A DNA stretch of 64,000 nucleotides from Geosiphon pyriformis uo1 (Eukaryota > Fungi > Glomeromycota). The notes beneath the pieces are model-generated. The model did no database searches and was not told the origin of the DNA. It saw nothing but the letters and a program-made list of their open reading frames with translations. The DNA lies in assembly GCA_016748015.1 (NCBI GenBank), contig JAAOMT010000618.1, positions 3,301 to 67,300 on the forward strand. Reading direction: 5' to 3'. This document shows, piece by piece, positions 1 to 13,481 of this stretch. The first letter of the stretch is position 1. Each line of letters starts with the position of its first letter. The position numbers and the translations under genes were made by a program.

Positions 1-216
1 ATGAACCTGTCCGTGAAAAAAGACTTAATTCTGAAGAGATACAAGATGGTAACCATAACACGACAAGATATAAAAGTCAATTAATCTCGTCACTTAGAAA
101 AAGGGAATCTGCTTCTTTTACACATGGTAAGCCTTCCATTTAATTTATTCAACATTGAACGATTTTTTTTAATACGAACGCCTTTTTTTCAGATATGGAT
201 TGTGCCATTAGCCTAA
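1..216 (+). CDS. 3' end of an unknown intron-containing gene (partial)
   Basis: Open frame 3-126 (EPVREKRLNSEE...SLHM), GTAAGC...CAG intron 127-192, last exon IWIVPLA* ending at 216. Confidence 0.45.
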
Positions 217-559
217 GTTATTCATTCAATTAAAAATAGAAACGCACGAAATCAGTAAGCACTTGATATTCTTATTACTATTTATATTTATATTTATATT
301 TAACTATAAAATCGTTTAAACAGATAATTTTTTTTGGTTAAAATGATTTTGAAAAATTTAATATAATTCATATACCTATAAATACGCAAGTATTATTCCA
401 TCAGGCTACTAGTTTAGTTTTTATTCTCTAGAAGATAATCTATGTACGTAGATGTAATATTTATTCTAAACTGATATATTCAATAACTAAATTTCTGACT
501 TCTATTACATTTTCCATTTCTCAGATTGTAAAATTTAATAAAATCGTTATTCTTTAATG

Positions 560-1419
560 TATTTGATAATTTGACTTCTCAAATTATTTTAACTTATGAT
601 GACATATAAAAACAGCAAAATCACAAATTATGGATATTTCAAAGGAATGGGTTAGGGTTTTAAATCTTTAGAAGAATAAGAAATTTCCTCAGATCCCTAA
701 AACTCAAAACATTTTAATTCATTAAAATCAACAAAAACGGCGGGTAAGTATGATAATATTATAAGGTAGTGGAGGGTCTATTATGGCTTCTTAATTACAA
801 TAAAGAAAAGGAATCTCGAATCATATTAGATTTTTAATTTGTTCTTTATCTTAATTTGGTATTTAAAATAAGAAGCATTCATTAATTATTTAGAAAAGTA
901 TTACCCTCTAGAAATAATTAAGGTTGTCTAACAAAAATTGTAAAAAACCAGGGCATAGTAAAAGAAAAAAATTGACACTAGTATTTTATCATAATTGTAT
1001 TCTTATTTTGTTTTCTGTAGTGTTGCTACAGTGATACTTTTGAAATTTAGCTTTCTGATAAGATAAAATTTTTGACAATTAAATATTTTCCCAAAGGCTT
1101 TATCAGTTGAAAACTTTACTTTTAAATTTTCTATACCTAAGCGGCTGTTTTCTCTTCAATTTTTTATTATTTTTATTATTTGATGGTATAAAACTCTACT
1201 ATATTCTTTTATTTTTTTATAGTGTGGTGCTCATGAGAAATTCGTGGATTTGCTGCCTGCTAGGGTGCCGTGACGTGAATGTCGCGTCCGATTGTTTGTT
1301 AGATAATGATAACGTAGTGCTAGATCTAGTTTAGGTAGTCTTGATTGGGTTGCTGGCTAGTCACGTTTATATATGTAGATAGCGAAAGGGCTACACTATA
1401 TTTGGTATTAAAAAAAAAA
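560..1419 (+). mobile_element. 5'-truncated degenerate LINE 3' end with poly(A) tail
   Basis: ORF end (...LDNDNVVLDLV*) followed by GTCTTGATTGG...TAGTCACGT, resembling the LINE 3' UTRs at ~50280-50490 and ~54180, then an A10 tract at 1410-1419. The left boundary is approximate. Confidence 0.45.
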
Positions 1420-2671
1420 TTCTATTTTCAATGTTTAATTTGAATTTAAATTGAAAAAATTAAAATTTTTATTCTCAATCAAAGTTTTACTTATGATTTG
1501 GATTAAATTAAATATTAAGTGCCATTAATAATAAAATTTATAATACTATTAGTGTAAAAATTTTTATAGACTACTTAAATCAGAAACATGGCTAACAATT
1601 TAGCAAAAATTATTATTAATTTGTGAAATTCGTCATTTTTCTAATTTAGTTTGTATAATTCTGATTGAAAAATTAGAAAAGGATTTTCCCTTCCCAAAGG
1701 GGGTATATTATCGATAAAAATATTCGTTCATTCAACATTATTAATAATCATATTAGACGCAGTAATTTTTTCTACAACGGATGTCATATCTTTGAAATAA
1801 ATATTTCAATTTTATTTCTACACAAGGAATAGAAACAATTAAATAAAATTGTAAATTATAAAATTCCTCACCTTAAGGAGATTACATGAGTATCGAATGT
1901 ATAAAACTCATTGAAGACCACTGATTCGGCATTTATATTTAATCCCAAAAAATTTTAAAACCATTGCACATAAAGGATTCAGGTTGTTCTTTTCTGAAAC
2001 GAAGCTTTGCAATAATATGTTATCTTTTTTCTAAACCATTCTCCTTTAACTCTTAATTTTGCCAAAATCTAATTAAGTATATTATTGCATGAATTACTCT
2101 AAAGAGCTGAGATTTATGATTCGAACATGCTGCAATGAATTCCACTGATAGTTTCCATTATATCTAAATATAGCATTTCTATAAATGCATTTTTTGATCT
2201 TAAAATGAAATAATGACCAAATACCTAATTGTAACTGGTGAGCGAAACAGGGAAGAAAAATAATATTTGGATTTTATAGTCTTAACGTCATCTAAAATAT
2301 ATATAATATTATCATTATTAATATAAATAAAGAATATAGTATTTAGACTTCATATGAAGTTATAAATTAGCAGCAAAAAAATCTGTTGATTCAATATTAC
2401 TTTAACAATAATGAGGACAGCATCAATCAAATAAAATGTCATTGACTATTTTTGTAACAGTCTTTTTTAATATTCCCCATTTTGAATAGTGTTCACATTC
2501 ATTGGTGAAAGAACGTTTTAAAGCTTTCTCCTTTGCTAATAATTGTAATGTATTTGGTCAGTCTATATAAAAATTTATTAGTCAAATATCACGTGTTGAT
2601 TGTAAGATAACAATAATAATGATGAAAATTTGGATTTAGAATACAGATCCTCCATCTACTACATCTATATA

Positions 2672-3540
2672 TTAAAGGGATGAAGAATTTTTAATTAACT
2701 GTTCTTTAACACTGTCAACGCGATCTATCAACCCTTGAGTGAATTTCACTGCTTCTCTTCTTTTTAATCTGGCTGTTTCGAATTCTGGAGGACAGCCAAC
2801 CGAGTCAAGTGATAACAAAGATTGCATAAGCTTTTCGACGATATATTGATGTGCATCTATCAATTTCTGCCGAAGTTTATCATCGTTCGGAACGGAAGAA
2901 ATATGAGAGGCAACAGACATTTCAAAGGACTCAATTTCTGGCAGTAAGTTACCACTTATTCTTTCGACTGATTGAGAGATTCGTGTCAAAAGAGCATGTT
3001 CCTCGGGAGATCCCGTTGAAGTCTGGGCAAGCTCTTTTTGCTATTTCAAGTATTTTTGAAGGTTATCCTTATGCGTACAAAAAGCTGAAACTAACTAAGA
3101 AAACTTACATCCGGCTTTGAACCCATCAAGAGAACTTTCGAAGAAGGATGAAGCCCAAGTGAGGAAAGAATCGCTGTTTCATCTTTCATCACAGCTTTTT
3201 CAAATTGATTATTTAGTTACTATGTTCAAATCTAAAACAAAAACTTGACTGCAAAATTTTAATTAAATTACTTTAGCACAAACTTACCACCAGATAGTAC
3301 CAACTTTTGGCCGTTCAACGGTACACCAGTCATTTCCTTTAACCGCTCTTTTAATTCCTTTAAGGTTGTCCCCTCTAGCGATCCTGGCCCTTCTTTTTCA
3401 AACCCTACATTAAATTTTTCCCGTCCCCAAGTTATAAAGATCTCTGGATTGCTATGTGGATCTAAAAAATGAAAGCTTTAGACTTGGGAGGAAAATATCT
3501 GGGATTTCTAAGATAGGCTCTGTTTCACATCACCTTCCAT
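2672..3540 (-). CDS. BAG1: BAG1-like co-chaperone (ubiquitin-like + BAG domain), 4 exons
   Basis: Spliced reading MEDPHSNPEIFITWGREKF...TLKELKRAVKEMTGVPLNGQKLVLSG/AVMKDETAILSSLGLHPSSKVLLMGSK (UBL), then EKLMQSLLSLDSV...ARLKRREAVKFTQGLIDRVD (BAG). GT-AG introns start at 3533, ~3287 and ~3108. Confidence 0.85.
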
Positions 3541-3835
3541 TGTGTTCTTTGTGGATAAGAAAAAAACATAGGGTTTGGCGTATCGCCAGAGGACAACAAA
3601 GGGCAATGCAATGTCCACGGAAATTTTTGTTATTTGAAAAAGGGTAAGTAAAAAATTGAAGTTGAGAGAGGGGCAAAGCTAGTAAAGGCTGTGAATCTCA
3701 GGGAACTGTGTCACTTGATAAGATCAATTATCAAGCTAAACTTAAAAAAGCTACAATGATGATCCCCTAGTAAATTCTAAAACGAATTCAAAAGTCCCAC
3801 TAGTTTCAATTTACTGCACCCTTTTCCTGTATATT

Positions 3836-5704
3836 ATGGCAGCACGCGGAGGTAAAAATTCTAAAGGAGAAGCTGTTCCTCAACCGGTGAAAGTTCAGCG
3901 TTATTGGCCGGGAAAGATTCCTGAAGGTGTGAAAGAATATTCTTCGTCTGAGGAAGAGGACGAGGACGAACAACAACAATTCGAAAAACAAAAAGAGCGT
4001 GAACTCATAACTAGCGTCCAAAAGGTCGATCTTTCAGAGCGTGAGGTTGCTTCAGATCGACGCTTGCGGAGGCTGCAAGGCGCAAAAGAAGCGGGGACTT
4101 TTGAACAAATAGAGCGGAGACGTCATGCCGGAAAAACAGTGATTTCTGACCTTCAAAGTGTGGAAGGGCAACTTCTTTTACAAGAACCTGAAGATGAAAG
4201 TGAGATTGCTCTACGTCGTAAACTTTTGAGGGACCGAGCGATCGAGCAGCGTAGACAAGAAGAAGAAAGCCTAAAAGTCGAAGAAGCTCAAAGAAACATT
4301 TCAGAGAAGCTAAAGGACACGGAGAATGAGGAGGTAAACGACAATATCTCCTCGCCTTAAAGCTATCATGAAAGTGCGATTTTCTGACTAATGTGTAATC
4401 AAATGCTATAGGAAAGTGATAGTGAATATTCCTCTGAATATGAGACAGATACAGAGGAAGACGAAACCATAAATAGACAATTAAAAAAACCGATATTCAT
4501 ACCAAAGTACATCTCAAGTTCTAATACTTTCAAGATTTTCATGGTTCCTAATTTAGGTATTAAAAAATAACGCTGGTCTAAATTTATTATAGAGCTCATC
4601 GAGAGACTATAATGGAAAGAGAACGGTTAGAACAAGAAGCGATTGAGGCCGAAAGAAAACAGCAAGAAGCCCTAGAAGAACGCAGAAAAGAAACACATTC
4701 ATTGTTGGCTGAGAAAATTCAACAAGAGATGTTAAAAGAAGGTTTTTCTCAACTTAATCTCAGTCATCAATTACTTTTCCATTTTCTTGTGTTCTCATTA
4801 TTTGATATCAAATATACTATAGTAACGGAAGACGCCAACGGTTCTAAAGAAGTCGACGATACGGATGGAGTTGATGAACAGGCTGAATATGAAGCTTGGA
4901 AATTGCGTGAATTAAAAAGAATTAAAAGAGACAAAGAAGAGAGAGAGGCGTAAGAAAATTTTTTATTAATCAAATCGAGGTGCAAGTCGAAATTTAATCA
5001 AGTTTCTTTTAGAAGGGAGAAGGAACAAGAGGAAATAGAGCATAGACGTAATATGAATGAGCAACAACGCTTGAAAGAAGATTTGGAACGTGTCAAAAAA
5101 CAGCGCGAAGAAAAGCCGAAAGGAAAATACAAATTTTTGCAAAAGTATTACCATAAGGGTTCATTTTATCTCGTAAGTGTGATCGAATTCTCATTGTTTC
5201 CTTTTTTTCAATGAAACTTATTCTTAGATTTTCAAAATTCTAGGACCCAAATGATCTTCTTTACAAAAGGGACTATACGGAGGCAACACCTGATGAAGCC
5301 GGTAGGAATTTTGTCTAGGAAAATATTTTACATCAGATTCTAAGGTCTACGAATAAATTACTGACATCTACCTGATATTGATCTTATTTACAAAAGCTCA
5401 TAAGGAAATGTTACCAAAAGTTATGCAAGTCAAGAATTTTGGACGTGCTGGACAGACAAAATGGACCCATTTGGCTGATCAAGATACCTCAAAAGTTTGT
5501 TTTTCCTTTTTGACCTATAAGCTTCAACATATGAAATTTCCTCCTAAGGTTATATAATCTATAATAATGATTATCACTGACTTTCAGAGAGATTCGGCCT
5601 GGGTTCAGAAAACCGAAATCAATAAACGTACTATACAAAAGATGGCTGGTTTGCACCCTGGAGGGTTCGATAAACCTACGGCAAAAAAAAGAAGATTTGA
5701 TTAA
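3836..5704 (+). CDS. MFAP1: MFAP1/Spp381-type spliceosomal B-complex protein, multi-exon
   Basis: Motifs [83 protein letters not shown]. Stop at 5702-5704. Confidence 0.92.
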
Positions 5705-6551
5705 TGTCATTCTCGGATGGTGGAGGTTGTTCAACACTTTGGACTTTTGTCAGTGTTCGATCTCCAATTTGTCAATCTTATTGCTTAATCTTCTCAAATG
5801 CAATGGAAGATTATGGGCATCTTTTAAAATTATCGGAGAAAAGGTGGGTACCATGTAAAATGACCAGTTGTATAGGTCGAATGTGGATATGGTAAGTGTA
5901 AAATTTTCGTGTGTTCGTATTATTTAGAGGAAATTTCTCCTCTTGCCGATTACTTCCCCATTGAAAATCCATCTTGTCTGCTAATTCATATATTTTGGTT
6001 GACCAACAATTAAGGTGTAGAAATCTATAATTTCCATTAAGATCGATTATTATGAACGGGCAAGAATATTTCAGCATGATCAAAGGGAATTTTTGGTCTG
6101 ACGCCTAATCCTGGATTGAGGAGATCGGAAACACGTCAATGATTGGTCTGTGATTATCTATTAATCTGGTCAAATGAATATTCGTATCCCATTATAACTG
6201 GGACTTGAAAACAATGGAAAATGAAACTATTCAATATAACATTCCATTTAATGAAAATGGGAACAACAACCATTGATATAGGAAGCATAAATTTTGCCTT
6301 TTATTAAGACGGAAATGTAGAATTCGAAAGTGCTCTTATTTCTCGACCAACTTCACAGTATACAAGATTGGGACATCTTTTACAAAGAATGAGAAAATAT
6401 TTGGCTTGTACAATGCTAGCAATCTTCTATAATTTTACGAAGAAAAAATTCCAAGACAAAAGTTTTAGTCTATCCCTTTACATCTAGCTTGCAGTGTTTG
6501 AGTATTTTTTATCAATGGCAGTCGACCCACCAAATCCAAAACGGTACCAGT

Positions 6552-6815
6552 CTAAATCTTTCGACACTGTATCTCACTTTCGTTCGGGTTATGCGCTAGT
6601 GCACAATAAAAGCCTAACTTTTGCATTTCGGCAAAAATTTCTTTCTCACTCAACTCTCGTAAGCGTACACAGCTCAACCTCTTCTTGTCGTCGTTTTCGG
6701 AGGTTCGACATACCATACTCTGAGGGTCAATTGTATAATTCCCATTTGGTGTTTCTTGAACAAATGATGTAAGACGGGTAACTGCCGCGTGTTTTGGAAT
6801 GCTTGCCATTTTCAT
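6552..6815 (-). CDS. small hypothetical protein (85-87 aa), divergent from SPATA20
   Basis: Intact single-exon ORF in gene-like (CpG-retaining) DNA, with 4 spaced Cys. No family recognised. Confidence 0.5.
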   Translation of the reverse strand: MKMASIPKHAAVTRLTSFVQETPNGNYTIDPQSMVCRTSENDDKKRLSCVRLRELSEKEIFAEMQKLGFYCALAHNPNESEIQCRKI

Positions 6816-7043
6816 TTAATAATTCACGTCTTTATAAGGAAATCTTGATGATTCACTATTCAACGGCATCACCTCATAATTATATTCCTTACAAAAGCTA
6901 CCCTTCGATTTTATAAAGTTTTATATGACGCAAATTTTAAGTAATTACCGATAATATTGACATCATGATCAGCTTCCCACGTGTTTAGAAAACTCTAATA
7001 TTGTGACTTAGGTATTTTACCAACTCAGGAAAATAAATTTAAC

Positions 7044-10000
7044 ATGATACTCCTCAAAAATTTAAAAATATCTAGTGTCCCAATTTATACTTTCTTGTCT
7101 GCTACTTTATCAAAGAAACCAATATTTCCTCAAATAGCAACAAGATTCGTCTCCAATATATCGAGGGAGTCCGGTGATTTAAGATTTTCATTTATTGAAG
7201 AGAACCCCTTGTTTTTTTATCAATGACAGTACGGTGACCAACTTTTATGTAGACTTTTCTGCTCATAATCTCAAAATACGTTTCCAGGGACGACACGACT
7301 ACAAAATATCCAGCAACTATTTTGTCTCAAATTAACTACTAGAAATATGGCCACAACTTCAATTTCTAGTCCCCGTACCAACCGTTTGGCTAATGAAAAA
7401 AGTCCATATCTTTTGGTAAATAATTTTTTATCAATTATTTTAATTTTACAATTGTGCCGTGAAATTTCTTATTGATTGCGGATTTTTTTCCCCAAATAAA
7501 GCAACACGCTGATAACCCAGGTGCGCGTTCAATTTTTAAAATGCGACATTTTATCGATCCATCATAATTTTGGAAAATACATAATCTGAATAAATCTTAA
7601 CTTGCCTAGTCGATTGGTACCCCTGGAGCGAAGAAGCTTTCCAAAAGGCCCGGCGTGAAAATAAGCCAATATTTTTGAGCGTTGGATATAGTACTTGCCA
7701 GCAAGTCACTTTTTTTTATCCTTGGAGATTATTTTACCTGAAGTTTCTCAAAGATTTTAATTTTTAACTTTTCTTCAATTTCAACATGTGATAATTTCCT
7801 TTTGATATAACTGTGACTATAGCTGGTGTCATGTAATGGTATGACATTGTTTTTATTATTATTTCTATTTATATTTGAAATTTACTCAGATTCTCTTACA
7901 TTTAGGCTCATGAGTCCTTTGAAAATAAAGAAATTGCTAAACTCATGAACGAAAATTTTGTCAATGTTAAAGGTAATGAATGTTTACTATAATTTCTGTT
8001 TGAAATGTAATTTATATTTCTTTTTCACCCAACAATTTTTTTATTTTAGTTGACAGGTATTCTTTTCTAAAGAATAACTTGATTTTTCCTGATTTCTTTT
8101 CTTAAATATTGATTTTTTTTAATTCCTCTCCAGAGAAGTTCAACCTGATGTTGATCGGATGTATATGGTATTTTTAGTTTAGTATTTTATAATTCATCTC
8201 TACTTTGACAAGAATTAAAGCTATTTCTTCTTTTCACCAAAGACATTTGTACAGCTTACATCTGGTGGCGGGGGTTGGCCTATGTCGGTCTTCTTAACGG
8301 TAGAGAATCATCATTTTTAATATGTTTATCTCAAAATATTCTTAATTAACATACGGGAAGCTATTATCAAAAATAGCCTGATTTGTACCGTAAGTCGATA
8401 AAATTATTTTAAATTTTGGTACTTACACTTCAAAGCCTTATTAACCAGAGATAAAAAATTATTTCAGCGATATTTGGTGGCACTTATTTTCCTCCTAAGG
8501 ATCAATTCGGCAGGTATGAATTTTAAATTACACAATATTTTTAAACCTTGTGATTTCTAATTTGATCAATATAATGATTGCAGGATCGGATTCCCTTCCT
8601 TGTTAAAGCGTGTAGCCAAGATGTACGAACGATTTCGATGCTGTAATAATATTGAAAATATAATTAGATTCTAATCCTTCGAAATTCCACCAGGTGGAAA
8701 GAAGACCCTGAAGGGTTAAAAAAATCCGGAGAGAGTCTCATTCAACAATTGCGTCTGTATTCCAACGTAAGCTGTGTGCTTTATTCCACGTTTTTGTGAA
8801 AAATAATCAATGGCTGATAATAGCCTTTATTAAAGGCCGATGCTCAAGGTGTTAGCAAAGATGTACTTAATATTAATGTCGCCCATAAATGTTACCAGCA
8901 TTTCTTCAGTACCTTTGATGAGAAGGAGGGTGGTTTCGGCGGTAAACGCAATTCTTCTTCCCTGCTTGGCACATGTTATATTGTCTCAATTAAATATTCC
9001 CAATTACTCTGCTGACTTTAGGTGAGCCCAAATTTCCAACGCCCGTTCAATTCCACTTTCTCCTTCGTTATTACTTTTACATCAACTCCGATCTTGGAAA
9101 CATGGACGGAGATACTTTTGGTAACATGTCAGTTGCCGAAATTCGTGTAAGAGGAGATCGTTTAGGGATTGATTTTAAAGGATGTTTAGAGAAAGTTGAT
9201 TTTGTGAATAAAATTCGAAAAGTTGTGGGGAACCGACGTCAAGCAGCCCAAAAAACTATCGAAATGGTGAAATTTACATTGACGGTAAGTTTATCAATGG
9301 GCGGATTTTCAATCCTTTACTTTTGGAGCCAATATGTGAGTAATTGATTAAAAATTGTCATCTAGAAAATTGCCAAAGGAGGCATCCATGGTAGGCATGA
9401 AGTTTTAACTTTGTCATACTGATAATCTTTCCGTTTCAAATATTATTCTTTAACGGATTTTTTTATACACATAGATCATATAGGCAATGGGTTTCACCGG
9501 TAATAACACATCCCAATCATTAATCTTGGCGCATTAGTTAATCAATATATTAAAAGCAATTTTTGACATTACAGTTACTCTACAGATCGTTACTGGCACG
9601 TTCCTCATTTTGAGAAAATGGTGAGCGTATTTTAAAAGTTTTTCCTATAAGTGCAGTAATTTAACTTTCATCTCTATCGACTTCAGCTTTACGATCAAGC
9701 TCAACTACTTTCGACCTATATCGAAATGTATTTGATAAGCAAAGAAGATTATTTTGCTGAGGTAGTATTAAGTCTTATATCATGTGGATGTGCTTGAACT
9801 TTTTATCGACCTAAAAGCTGTTTTTTTAGGTTGCTCGTGATATTGTGAAATACGTCGAACGCGATTTGAGAGATCCTGTTGGAGGAGGTTTTTATTCTGC
9901 CGAAGATGCTGATTCATATCCCCATATTGATGCCGAGCATAAACTTGGTAAGATAATATCTTTACATAAAATATCCCCGAGAAATTTAACTTTCGCGAGT

Positions 10001-11827
10001 ATTTGGTAAAGATTACCTTTTTTTTGTATTTAGAGGGCGCTTTTGCAGTTTGGGAAAAGTCTGAAATATACAATATTCTTGGGCAAGAGGACTCGGAAAT
10101 ATTCTGTTGGCATTTCGGTGTTGAAGAGAAAGGGAATGTTCCCAGCGAGAAAGATATACAGGGCGAGTTGGTTAACAAAGTATTTATCTTCGGTTTTTCA
10201 AGGCTTCATAAGATATCAATATATTAATGGATCGGACTACGCTAATAAGCACTTACAACTCCTTTTTTGGTTGCTATTCTTTACTATTTTATTCATTTGG
10301 ATTAGAACGTTTTAATTGAGCGCCACACGATTGAAGAAACCGCAAATCAATTCAAAATTTCCCTCGAAAACTTGAATCAAATTCTTACGAGATCCAAGGA
10401 AAAGTTGGCAAAACATCGATTTGAGAAGCGGCCAAAGCCTCACAGAGATGAAAAAATTCTTACTGCCTGGAATGGTAACAAGTCACCCAGAACAAAGAAT
10501 ATGGTCTTGCAGAGATTGGTTTGTTGATGCTTAGTTACTTTTTGAACTCTTAGGCCTGATGATATCGGCCCTCGTGCGAGCCTATGAAGCATTAGGTGAA
10601 AAAAAGTATCTTGCTCTAGCTATAAACTCGGCCAAATTTTTGAAAGAGAAGATGTATGACCCAGACCGTAAGGTGCTGCGTCGAAGTTTTTTAGGAGAGC
10701 CCAGCAAAGTTGATGGGTTTTCAGATGACTACAGGTTATTAAGGATTCTAATCTAAGATATTTCAATTAAGTTGAATATATATTGTATATTTACTGATAT
10801 TCATCTTTATTAGTTTTTTAATTCAAGGTACATGCTTCGATTCGAATTGATCAATTACTATAAGTCCCAATTGTATTCAATTTAATGAAAATGGACTTGA
10901 TCTTTCATTTAGGTCTCCTTGATCTTTACGAAGCCACATTAAATGAAGAGCATCTTGCTTGGGCCATCGATCTTCAAAACACACAAAATGAATTGTTTTA
11001 TGATCGAGAAGGTGGAGGCTTTTTCAATGCTCCCGCGGGAAATAAGAATATCCTCCTCAGGATGAAGGATGGCGAGTAATAAATATTTTAAGATCAATAT
11101 ATTTATACTACATAAGATTACTTATTTATTTTTTAATAGAACATGATGGAGCCGAACCTTCATCGTATGTGTTTCTGGTTTTTCTAATTTACGCACTCCA
11201 GTTGCTGATATTATCAAAATTCTTTTTGAACCTTAATGTAATTCCTATTATTTACCAGAAACTCGGTCTCCGTGAGCAACTTGGTTCGATTATACACTTA
11301 CATTCAAAATCCAGACTATAACTCGAAAGCAGAAGCAACTTTATTATCCAATGTGAAAACATTACAACAACATCCATATGCGATGCCTGCATTGGTTGCC
11401 AGCATGATCCTTTATTTAAAAGGCATTAAACAAGTAAGTCAATAGTGAAACTCAAAATCTTGATCGCTGAGATGGAGCATCTTCCATCTTTACGATACCA
11501 AAGTTTCTTATAAGTTCCTTCTCATTTTCGTAGATCGTGATTATTGGTTCTCCTGATCATCCTACTGTTGGGAAATATCTAGAGATCATTCGACAGCGTT
11601 TCTTGCCCAACCGCGCATTGATTTTGACTCCAACTTCCTCTGATATAGGTTCTTCTATTTTGGCTAAGAGAAATGATGTAGTGAAAAGTATCTTACAAAT
11701 AGATGGGGGAATTAGCAGCGGACAAAATGAAGCATCACCTGCCATTCATATTTGCGAGAATTTCACATGCGGCTTGCCAATTCAAGAACCCGCAGTTTTT
11801 AAAGACCAACTAGAGAAATCCCTTTAA
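7044..11827 (+). CDS. SPATA20: SPATA20/YyaL thioredoxin-like + six-hairpin glycosidase-like protein (~26-27 introns; core ATG 7347, possible upstream ATG 7044)
   Basis: Spliced motifs [126 protein letters not shown]. Confidence 0.93.
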
Positions 11828-12189
11828 GCCAGGAGCAATTATCCTTTTTTCAAAGCCTCGTTGGAATCAGGAGTCTTTCTTTTTGTATCACCAAACTTCT
11901 TGGTTTTTGTTGGAATCTTGAATAAATATTTTGTTTAGTATTATTATTATTAACCTATAGAGGGTTTGCATTTCTTACGTTCCCAAATAGATTATGTCAA
12001 AAATAATTCAACCTTGACAGAATATGTATTTCTCAATTTCAAATCTATTTTTGAAAATTTCTGCTTTATAAAAAAATAAAGAACTCGATAAGTAAAAACT
12101 TTAAACAAAAAAATTTTCAAAGACTGATAGATTAATTTATGATTAAAACTAGTTTATTCAAATAACCATTCAGCTTTTATTATCAAATT

Positions 12190-12700
12190 ACAAGTGTTAA
12201 ACATTATGATTATACTTTACCAAGTTTACTTATAACATTTGGTGTTCTTTGTAAGGTTATAAAATTCATAAAAACAAAGCACCTGAAAAACTCACAAAAT
12301 AATAATTATTGGAACTGTTAAAAAAAATCATTTGTTTTTTAAAAAAGTCTTATATCAACACTTTTAAAATATCAAAAAAGATATTTACTACTAAAAATGA
12401 TTTTTTTTATTATATACAAGTTAAAATTGACTATTATTTAGACAAAACAACTAATATTAAAAAACTTAAAATTATAACTACCAAAAGAACAATAACAGAG
12501 ATCTTTTTTTTATTAACAAGAAAATTGAGTTATATACTAAAAATCAATATTTACAATTATAAAAAAACCATAATATAAAATCCAATTCCAAAAAATCAAA
12601 ATCTAATTTAGAAAGTAATACTCAATAATAGTCTGTACAAAAAAAAACCACAACCTACTATTAACAAGAAATCAAGATTTTTTTGGTTTGTAAATTTGTT
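12190..12700 (+). mobile_element. old degenerate LTR-retrotransposon remnant (LTR end + PBS + gag start)
   Basis: TAACA-TTTGGTGTTCTTTGTAAGG at ~12233-12256 matches the PBSs of A, B and C. The peptide IFTTKNDFFYYIQVKIDYYLDKTTNI resembles B gag ISAESAFNFYVNKRIAYLLGTSINI. Confidence 0.5.
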
Positions 12701-12802
12701 TTTAATTTATAAACTTAAGTATAAGTTTTTATAATTTTAATATTACACAATATATTAATTTAATTATTAATTTTTGTCATTAAATTAATAATTAAAAAAT
12801 AC

Positions 12803-13481
12803 TATTATAATTGAAATTTATATTTTTTATTAATTATTACATGTATTAATTACTAATGTTATATAATTAGCTACTCTATTTTTAGATAGTAATCATTAAC
12901 CTAATTAATGACTTAACTATTAATCTAATCATTAACCTGATCATTAACCACTTTTGATAACTATATAAGCAATAAATTTCTTAGCTATAGAAATACATAT
13001 CAGAAATTAAGGAAATTAAATAAATAAAATAACAACTTTCATTTCAATTTTTCTTTTATCACTAATTTCTCTTTCTCTACTTTCAATTATTTAAACATCT
13101 TAGAATAAAAGATTACTTATTGGTTATTTCCTACTTTTTTTCTGAAATGTGTAATTGTAATATTTAAAAATTATTAAATAAAACATGACTGAAGAGTACA
13201 TCTAATACCTGATATTGAATTCTAAAAGTGTTAATATAAAGCATAGAATTATACCAGTATGTAATCATTTGTTAACAGTACAGACTATTTCTCTACTTTT
13301 AAATTTTCTGGTTATTTTTTAAAAAGTATAGCAACTAAGATATTTTATGAAACTGATTTCACATATTGAATCCATACTTATTTAATTCATTTTTTAAAGT
13401 TGAATTCTTTTTAATTCCTTTATTACTCTATAATTCTGTTCTCTTTTGCTATCTATTAACTTATTATTTTAATTCATAACA
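12803..13481 (+). repeat. 5' LTR of element A
   Basis: Direct repeat of 19772-20555, ends TAACA, followed by the PBS. Confidence 0.9.

Noticed and set aside
5704-6500. Additional gene between MFAP1 and the small ORF
   Set aside because: Short ORFs on both strands give no coherent spliced frame. This is probably convergent UTR sequence.
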